NCBI RefSeq assembly: GCF_009914755.1
Contig: NC_060938.1
Origin: the human T2T-CHM13v2.0 reference genome, Homo sapiens
Direction: 5' to 3' (one strand)
DNA length: 64,000 nucleotides
Part shown: positions 36,926 to 64,000 of the stretch, piece by piece
How positions within the stretch are numbered: position 1 is the first letter of the stretch
How the letters are laid out: each line of letters opens with the position of its first letter
The notes under the pieces: generated by a model
What the model was told of the DNA's origin: nothing
Database searches by the model: none
The model's input: the letters and a program-made list of their open reading frames with translations, nothing else
Made by a program: the position numbers and the translations under genes

Positions 36926-37378
36926 TGTAAGATAGTCACCCTGCCAAGTGTTCTGTAGCTGTATATTTGTAATTACTTCTAATTGTATTGAGTTTTAAAA
37001 GTAATCTCTAAAAAAAAATCAGTGTTTCCATATCAAAAATCTATTGATGTTTATAATAGCATCCAACATATGCAAGTGTTAGCTCATACCACTAATTATT
37101 ACTAAATCAGTATTATAGTTCTTTGCCTCCTATTTTCGCCATATCTGTCAGGTACATTCATAATCGTTCCAAATGAGCAGTCACTGAAATAATTTCAGGT
37201 TATTGTATCTTTCTGAAACTATAATTTGTTGTTTAGAAAGTAATCTGCATATTGAGAGACTTTGTAAGGGTTCAAACATAATCAAACTCCACCTTTCTGA
37301 CCAGTAACTTTTTTCCCTGAAGATGAATGCTTTTAACTTCAAGAAACAGAACACCCAAGCAACAGACTTAGAGTCTAA

Positions 37379-37642
<264 letters not shown>

Positions 37643-37838
37643 TAGTTATCGAGACCACCTCAGCCTCCCAAAGTGATGAGATTACAGGTATGAGCCACTG
37701 CACCCGGCCAAGACCTTTAATTAACTTACACAACAAAGTCTGGAGATAGGCAGTTCCAAGCATGGTACAGCAGCTCAATGATATCATCAAGTATTTGGGT
37801 GTTTTCTATCTTTGCCCTCAACCATCTTCAGCACGTGA

Positions 37839-38086
<248 letters not shown>

Positions 38087-38579
38087 TGATCCACCCACCT
38101 CGGCCTCCCAAAGTACTGGGATTACAGACCTGAGCCACCGCGCCCGGCCTGCACGTGAGCTTTTCATCTGGAAACTTGTCCCCTCATGGTCAGTCCTCAC
38201 ACCACCCCACTTACAGAAGAAAAAAATGGAAAGGTGAAGTCTCCTCTGGAAGCTTCGTCTTTTTATCTGGGAGGAAAATATTTCCCAGAAGCTGCCTTCT
38301 TTTAATTTCTGTCAGACGCTAGACTACCCTCAAATTTCACTGGACCTGCGATTACAATATTACCTAGCAATAAGAATCAAAAGAATCGAACATCATTGAG
38401 TGGGAAAAATCCTCTGCAAGTACAGCCAAGCCTTTTCTGAGGCTATTTTTAAACTTACAAATCAGAGGACAATCGCGACATTAGAGGAAAATTACCCAGG
38501 TTTACGCCATCACTAACGATGATAGCTTACGATGATAGCTAACCCAGCTCTTCAACTTCTTTTCAATCTCCAGAAAAGG

Positions 38580-43630
<5,051 letters not shown>

Positions 43631-43837
43631 CTTATGTTCTGTGCGCATTCTGGCAGGAATTCTGTCTCTTCAGAGACTCATCCTCAAAACAAGACTTGAC
43701 ACTGTGTCCTTGCCCCAGTCCTAGGAACTGTGGCACACAGAGATGTTCATTTTAAAAACGGATTTCATGAAACACTCTTGTACTTATGTTTATAAGAGAG
43801 CACTGGGTAGCCAAGTGATCTTCCCATTCACAGAGTT

Positions 43838-43843
43838 AGTAAA
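43838..43843 (+). terminator. Candidate OXA1L variant polyA signal AGTAAA
   Basis: About 210 nt after the stop, just before an Alu; no AATAAA seen by eye in this UTR. Confidence 0.55.
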
Positions 43844-43962
43844 CCTCTGTACTACATGCTGCTTCCTGATACTTATTGAACAGGGAAATGAGTGTGCACT
43901 TCAGAAAACTGAAGAATACCCAGCATTTTGGGAGGCCGAGGTGGGTGGATCACCTGAGATCA

Positions 43963-44253
<291 letters not shown>

Positions 44254-44272
44254 TTAAGGGTTTAAACTTCCA

Positions 44273-44595
<323 letters not shown>

Positions 44596-44761
44596 TTAAA
44601 CTTCCAACCCATGCATGTGTTGTTCTATGCACATTTGGATTGCAGTCTAGAGGTGTGGCTGATAAGTTGAATGTTGAGATTGTATCTAAATATAGTAACC
44701 GCACTTCTTGATCCCAAGATTACTTTAAAAATTTCAAGAAGTAGATGTGTGCAAATTCTTA

Positions 44762-45022
<261 letters not shown>

Positions 45023-45309
45023 CTATACTCCAGCCTTGGCTACAGAGCAAGATCCTGTCTCAAAAAGGAAGTTCATGTCATTTTTATGTAACAATCCAAC
45101 ATTTGACTAGAGCAGTTTAAGTGTTCTGTTGTCTGCCTTTGTGTAGAGCCTGGTTTATCAGCCTTCAGCAGCTAGCTTGAGAGAGAAAAGATGGATATAC
45201 TTTCAAGCATAAGATTGATTTTAGTCTTTGTGTTTCTAGGCTAATGGGAGCTGTCCTAGAGATAGATACTATATAAAATGAAGCCACTCAGACTTTAGGA
45301 ACATAAACT

Positions 45310-45315
45310 TTTATT
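45310..45315 (-). terminator. SLC7A7 polyadenylation signal AATAAA
   Basis: TTTATT on + strand about 370 nt past the stop codon. Confidence 0.85.
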
Positions 45316-45681
45316 GTCATCCAGCACCTGTGATAGTTTCATGTCTCTCTAAAGGAGACAGGAAATTGGAGCATTGTGGGCCCTTTTAAAAGAAAAGAGG
45401 AGTAGGTAGGCACACCCAGGTGCTTCTAAAACAACCAAGCCCAAACCTGACATGCTCCTCCCCACAGTCACCTTCATTGTCCCCTTTAAAAGTCTGGAAC
45501 AGTATGTAGCAAAACAAATAAATTACTTTTCATTTCAAAAAGTAAGTTCAAAGGTTGAAGCTGCCTAGGCCAGGCTTCTGGACAGGTGCCTCCAAAGAAG
45601 TGAGCTTTCCTTTTCAACTTCCTTAGCTCTAGCCAGTAGACCAGAAACCCCTGCTTTCCACATCAGGATTCCAGATGGTGT

Positions 45682-52163
<6,482 letters not shown>

Positions 52164-54159
52164 CTAGGGCCTTAGACTCCCAAGCAATTTTTCCAGTACC
52201 AGTCACCAAGATATATATACCCTTCAGCCAAAGACAGACCCTCTGACCTGCTCTGCACTGGAACCCTCGGGGCCCCAGAATGTCCTCACCATTATCATAC
52301 AAAGGCCTCTATACTCCCCACCCCCAGCACCTTATATGGGAGACACAAAACAAAGTGACTGCAGATCTGCTTACATAAAAAATACATCCAAATGTCCAAT
52401 CACAGCAGTGGGAGGCAACTGGGAACTGTACAGGATTAGTGATTGTTCCGGCTCTTGGCTCTGAAAAGTCATGGTCTCTCCCTCCTACCTCCCATTCCCC
52501 ATGGGCTCCAGGACACAGCACTCTGACTCTGTGGTATTACTGTTAACCTTGAGGAGTTCTGCTGTGACTTATCCAATGCTGAGCCAGCAGGTCAGGCTGT
52601 GTGGCCAAGGATTAGGATGAAGGCCAGACTTCCTGCCCACTGCCTGGCAGCTCAGCTGCCTGCTTTTGTGCTTGGAAAGATTCTTGCAGCTAAGAGTGGT
52701 TCCTGTAGAATGGGGACAGGGCATTTTTCCTGATGGGACAATAGAGAAGTAAGAGCCACACACATTCCCCCAGTCCTTCTACTCAGAAGTACAGGTTTTA
52801 AAAGTACCTTTTATCAGGGTTCTTAACTAGGGCCTCCATGAGGCTCGAAATTCTCTTTCAAAGTGTTATGTCCATATGAATACAGACATACCTAAGAAAA
52901 AGTTTCATATCTTTTCTTAGAAAGGGATCATAGCTTTTATCAGAATCTCAAGTCCATTATCCCTCCCCCAACAAAAAAGTTACAATCTACGACTTGAATT
53001 TGAATTACTTGAAGAAATTCAACAAGGGAGGCTCACGCATGCTGTGAGGTTGACCAGTAGCCCCAGAATGTGGCCGAGAAGAAAGTTGGAAAAAAAAATA
53101 CAGATCTTCCCACTGGTAGCATAGCGAATCGCTTCATTGCTCCCTCCTTCCCAGCTCAGCAACTGGAACACTATAAGGAGGGCTTAACTTTAAAGCCCTT
53201 CTCCCAAGGGCTCCAAGGGCAAGGTCAACATCACCCTGCCTTACCAGTCAAGAGAATGAGGCCTAGTACAGTTCTTGCCTACTTCAGGCCACCAACACAG
53301 TCAGAAACACCCTCTGAGTTCTCCTGGCAGTGGTGTGGCCTTGGTGTCGCTAGTCCTCCTATTTTGTGGTGTCCTGGCCTCACCACATTCTGGCTACTTC
53401 ATCCTGAGAAGCAGGGAAGTCTGGCCTCTCAGAACAGCTGCCCCATCTTCTCTCTCTCACCCTCCCTTCCACCACCACCCTCATTCTACTGACTGCCCAA
53501 GTTCCTTTCTGCTCTTCCTGAGAAGGCACATTCCTGTCCTATATAAATGCTTGCCTTTCTGCCTAATAAACAACAAACCTTATCACAGGGCTGGGCAAAA
53601 ATGTACCCACAGCTCCAGGCCACCCCAGTGCTAAGTTAATAATTTAAGACACAAGTGTGCAGCACCCCACAAAATGACCAAAGTGGCTGTATCTTGCCCT
53701 CCACAAATCTTTCAAATCTGTCACTCCTCCTCAGCCAGTCACCCATCCTTTACTCCCCACTGGACTCCAGCCTCCAGCCACTCAACAGCTTAGTGCCCCT
53801 TCTCCCCAGCTTGTAACCTCTGCCCTTATCCTAGGCTCTGTGGCTGGCTCATAACCACAACATAGCCAGGTTTCCAAGTAGAAACACCAGACACAAAGGA
53901 TGCTGCCACATTGTCAGGAAAATGGGATCCCCAAATACAAATTTATGATTCCCTGCAGGGTAACCATGAGTCATAACACCAAACTGGAATAAGCTTACAG
54001 GACTAGCTCTAGTTCAGACTCAGAGTCTGAGCTGTGTGCCACAAGGTTCTTCTCAGTTCTGTCCAGGGATGTAGGCAGGGAAAAGGAGGGATAAGCAACC
54101 AATTCACCACCTGCTACCACAGCAGATTCTGAAATGGAAATACATGGCTTGTTTATATT

Positions 54160-55848
<1,689 letters not shown>

Positions 55849-56469
55849 TGAGCCTGATTTCTCTGACCCACCTTCTAGCCCTGATCTGCTCTCTGTACTG
55901 AGCACAGAAGGCTCAGTTTGAATGAGGAAGGGAATCCTACAGAAAGAAACCAGGGAGCAGAGGGAACTGCCTGAAGAGAGCTAGCCCTCCTCTTCCTCAA
56001 AGCCTAGCTTCCTCCAGGGCCTCTTGACTGTGGGAGCAGGAAATGGGTATGGCAGGCAGCAGTGCTGACAGGGCTTTTTGTCCCCACCTCAGCGGATACA
56101 GCTGACCACTGGCCCCAGAGCCCAGCTAAGTGCACTGCTCTTGAAGTGGAGCCCAACCTCCTGCTTCAGGGCCAAGGACAGGAGGGGACCATGGGGTTAG
56201 GATAATATGGAGGCAACTGCAAGTTAACCTCAAGGGCAGAGATGCCCTCCCCTTCTACCTCTAGGGGCAATTCAATCCCCACCCAACACTGGGCCAAGTC
56301 TATAAGAGGATAACCTGAAATCACCTTTGACCCTTGACTCGGTGCAGCAGCACTCCTGCTTTGACCCCAGGGGGAGAAAAAAAGAATCTGCAAAGAAGTC
56401 ACTCGTGGCCGGGTGCAGTGGCTCACGCCTGTAATCCCAGCACTTTGGGAGGCCGAGGTGGACAGATCA

Positions 56470-56703
<234 letters not shown>

Positions 56704-57968
56704 TCACTCCTATAACCATCTAAAAAGATGTTCCTGAATGGATCATCAAACCCAGCCTACATACGGTCCCCGGGAGTAGGAGACTAGTTCTAGTGGTAAG
56801 GCCCAGCATCAGCGCTAGAACTAAAAGCCAGAAAGCACCAGACCAGGTGGATCCAGAACAGAACAAAGCTTGCAGGCCCACTCTGGATCAGATGCTCAGG
56901 TTTAGTTTAGACACCTAAATGAAACATTTCCTGAAAAAGAACATTAAACCCACAATTCTGTAAGCACTATTACCTTTAAATACACACAATGTAACACACA
57001 AAACTTATGATTACAGGCGTGAACCACCATGCCCGGCGTCATTCCATTTTAAAAGTGATCTATAGAGCCAGGCGCGGTGGTTCGCGCCTGTAATCCCAGC
57101 ACCTTGAGAGACTGAGGCGGGCAGATCACTTGAGGCCAGGAGTTTGAGACCAGTCTGGCCACCATGGCGAAACCCCGTCTCTACTAAAAATATAAATATT
57201 AGCTGAGTGTGGTGGCGCATGCCTGTAATCCCAGCTACTTGGAGGCAGAGGTAGGAGAATCATTTGAACCCGGGAGGCAGAAATTGCAGTGAGCCAAGAT
57301 CACGCCACTGCACTCCAGCCTGGGTGACACAGTGAGACTCCATCTCAAAAAATAAAATAAAATAAAGTGATCTATAGCTCTTCCTTTTACTAAGCCAACA
57401 GCGTCTTCCTCCCAGCTTCTACCAGTAGTGCCAGACCCCTCCTCTGTCTCCACACAGAATGAAGCTAAATCCTCTTCCACCCAATGGCCCTTCTTAACAT
57501 TAAAGATGAATATCACGGCCAGGCGCTGGCTCACGCCTGTAATCCCAGCACTTTGGGAGGCCAAGGCGGGCAGATCATCTGAGGTTGGGAGTTCGAGACC
57601 AGCCTGACCAACATGGAGAAACTCCGTCTCTACTAAAAATACAAAAATTGGCCAGGCGTGGTGGCACATGCCTGTAATCCCAGCTAGTCGGGAAGCTGAG
57701 GCAGAAGAATCACTTGAACTCGGGAGGTGGAGGTTGCGGTGAACTGAGATCTCGCCATTGCACCAGCCTAGGCAACAAAAGCAAAACTCCATCTCAAAAA
57801 AAAAAAAAAAAGCCAGGCGCGGTGGCTCACGCTGTAATCCCAGCACTTTGGGAAGCTGAGGCAGGCGGATCATGAGGTCAGGAGATCAAGACCATCCTGG
57901 CTAACACGGTGAAACCCCATCTCTACTAAAAATACAAAAAATTAGCCGGGTGTGGTGGCGGGCGCCTA

Positions 57969-58137
<169 letters not shown>

Positions 58138-58170
58138 TCAGCACTTTGAAAGGCCAAGGCGGGTGGATCA

Positions 58171-58443
<273 letters not shown>

Positions 58444-58479
58444 CTAAAACCCAGATTTTACAACCCCTTGTGGAGCAAA

Positions 58480-60400
<1,921 letters not shown>

Positions 60401-60674
60401 AGTATATATTTATGTAGAATATTCATAGTTACACCCTTGCAGTAGTCAAAAACTAGAAACAACCCAAATGCCCAGCAACAGTAGATTGAATAAATACTAA
60501 ACAGCACTAAGAATAAACAATCTGTAATCCTAGCACGTTGGGAGGCCAAGGCGGGCAGATCACAAAGTCAGGAGTTTGAGACCAGCCTGGCCAACATGGT
60601 GAAACCCCCGTCTCTACTAAAAATACAAAAATTAGCTGGGCGTGGTGGCGGGCACCTGTAATCCCAGCTACTCA

Positions 60675-60839
<165 letters not shown>

Positions 60840-61306
60840 TCAAACATAATAAGCAAGCCAGATGCAAAAGTGTACATATAGATTATATCCATTTACATAA
60901 AATCAGAGAAAACTAATCAATGCTACTGGAAGTCAGAATAGTGATTTCCCTTTGTGTGGGGTGGAGAGGCAGGGACTGGGAAGAGCATAGGAAGGGCTCA
61001 AGGGTGCTAGTTACACATGTGCTCAACTAGTGACAATTCATTAAGCCATAAACTTATGAGATTGCACTGTTCCTTCTGTATATTATATTTGAATAAAAAA
61101 ATTAAAATTGAACCAAAAAGTGAGGTTAGCAGAGTATGGCTTGTTCTTAGTGAATTCATACACGTTACTAATGATTTCCCACCCTTCTGCTCGTACTTCA
61201 CTAACCAGATTTAACTTACAAGCCTAGAATTTGGGCAAGAATCCACCTTAAGTTATCACTTCAGAGTGCTGCTCATCCACCTCCGGTGGAAAGCTGGGCT
61301 ATCACT

Positions 61307-62294
<988 letters not shown>

Positions 62295-62848
62295 TCAGGA
62301 GGCTAAGGTGGGAGAATTGCTTGAGCCTGGGGAGGTCAAGGCTGCAGTGATCCTTGATTGCACCACTGCATTCCAGCCTGGGTGACAGAGCAAGACTGTC
62401 TCAAAAAAAAAAAAAAAAAAAAACCTAACTGCAGGCAGAAAACTGGAAGTAGCACTGGGTGGTACTATTCATTACATTTGTTGAAAAATGGAGAAAGGGG
62501 AAGTGAAACCCTTGACAGCTCACTGGATCTTGGTGTACTGAAATTTCCCTCTCACTGTAATCAAAAGAATCTAAATGTGACCTTATGCAAAGAAGGCAGG
62601 CATCCCTTATGATAGCAGATCCTCAAACAAGTATGTACCTCTCTCTTTAATGTACTACATGAATCCCAGCTCTTCTAGCAAATCATCATTTTTGAACAAA
62701 GTATACTCTTTCATTATCATATTCTAATCAAATATCGCTGATGCCTATGAAATTGTTTCCTCCTTTCAGTAAAAGGTCAAATACGGGCCGGGCACAGTGG
62801 CTCATGCCTGTAATCCCAGCACTTTGGGAGGCGGAGGCAGACGAATCA

Positions 62849-63085
<237 letters not shown>

Positions 63086-64000
63086 TCAAATACGTTTATT
63101 AGCCTTACTTGTAATATTTGTAGATAAGAGTTCAAAAGCATCATTTCTGATCTTCCATCCCATTTTCTCCAAATGCGTTACTGAGCAACTCCTCTCTGCC
63201 TTTATTCTCTGCTATGTAGTCTCCAAAATACCCAGATTTATACTTTTATCTAGGCATTTTTCTCCTTGCCTCTAAAATTTCCATTCTAAAGCCTTATTAT
63301 ACGCATCTCTCCCAATCCCTATAAACCTCCTCTATCCCTTACCAGGAGTTTATCTTTCTGGTATCTTAGAATCTTAGAATTTACGGTCAGGAACTCTGTT
63401 CTGTGTTCTTTTTTCTTTCACATACACAGCCTTCAGCTGACAAAGAGACGAAAATTCCACCTGCCACTCAGTTTGCTACTTTAAACTTCACGTCACCAGT
63501 GAGACATCTCAGCTATCTTCTGACTGGTGACATCATTCATCCCACAGCAATCAGCAGAAGGATAGCAGTCCCTAGGCTTAATTGGTGTGAGCAAGCTCTT
63601 GGTCACATGTTGCTCAGAAAAACTGCACATTTCTAGGTTAGGCTGGGTCTGTGTATAGTCAGATGCACACTATTCCTGGGGGAAGGCCAAACCCCACAAC
63701 TGGCATACTCAGGCCTGCTAATACCCTGGTGTCTCCAAAATACTCTACCACTGCTGTTTCCTCAGAAGGTCCAGATATAAGCTCTCTGGAAACGCCTCAT
63801 ATCTGTTACCTAAACCCAGAGATTTCAAGTCTCTTCTTCCTTTTCTTTGCTGCATCCCCATTTGTTTTGTCTAATGTTGGTTTGGGAAAATCTCTACACC
63901 TTTTTTTTTTTTTTTTTTAAATTGAGATGGAGTCTCGCTCTGTCGCCCAGGCTGGAGTGCAGTGGCGCCATCTCGGCTCACTGCAAGCTCCGCCTCCTGG

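Noticed and set aside
57235-57873. 212-aa ORF and the many similar 60-170 aa ORFs ([26 protein letters not shown])
   Set aside because: Stereotyped Alu translations, not genes
63403-63636. LTGDIIHP motif resembling a LINE endonuclease GDFNHP
   Set aside because: Single weak motif, on the strand opposite to the L3 remnant

Overview
Primate (most likely human) genomic DNA from the OXA1L/SLC7A7 locus (14q11.2 in human). The complete 10-exon OXA1L gene lies on + (CDS 38774-43630; exons sum to 1308 nt = 435 aa + stop, all GT-AG). The last 8 coding exons of SLC7A7 (y+LAT1) converge on it from the - strand (52120 down to stop at 45682); the first coding exon lies beyond the window. The first ~38 kb is intergenic and dominated by repeats: a decayed, internally deleted ERV1 provirus (gag-pro-RT-env TM, MER84-like 3' LTR), many solo LTRs, a MER85 piggyBac MITE, L1/L2/L3, Tigger1, MLT and dozens of Alus. 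Most long ORFs in the track are Alu or microsatellite artefacts. I see no new protein-coding system. The most unusual signal is a ~0.8 kb three-part Alu cassette at 23707-24502. It shares private mutations with a nested Alu cluster in the SLC7A7 intron (~54480-55299), starts at an Alu 5' end, ends in an A-rich tail and has its own TSD, which suggests a locally retrotransposed Pol III read-through transcript. Repeat family names come from memory of consensus sequences and need RepeatMasker confirmation.
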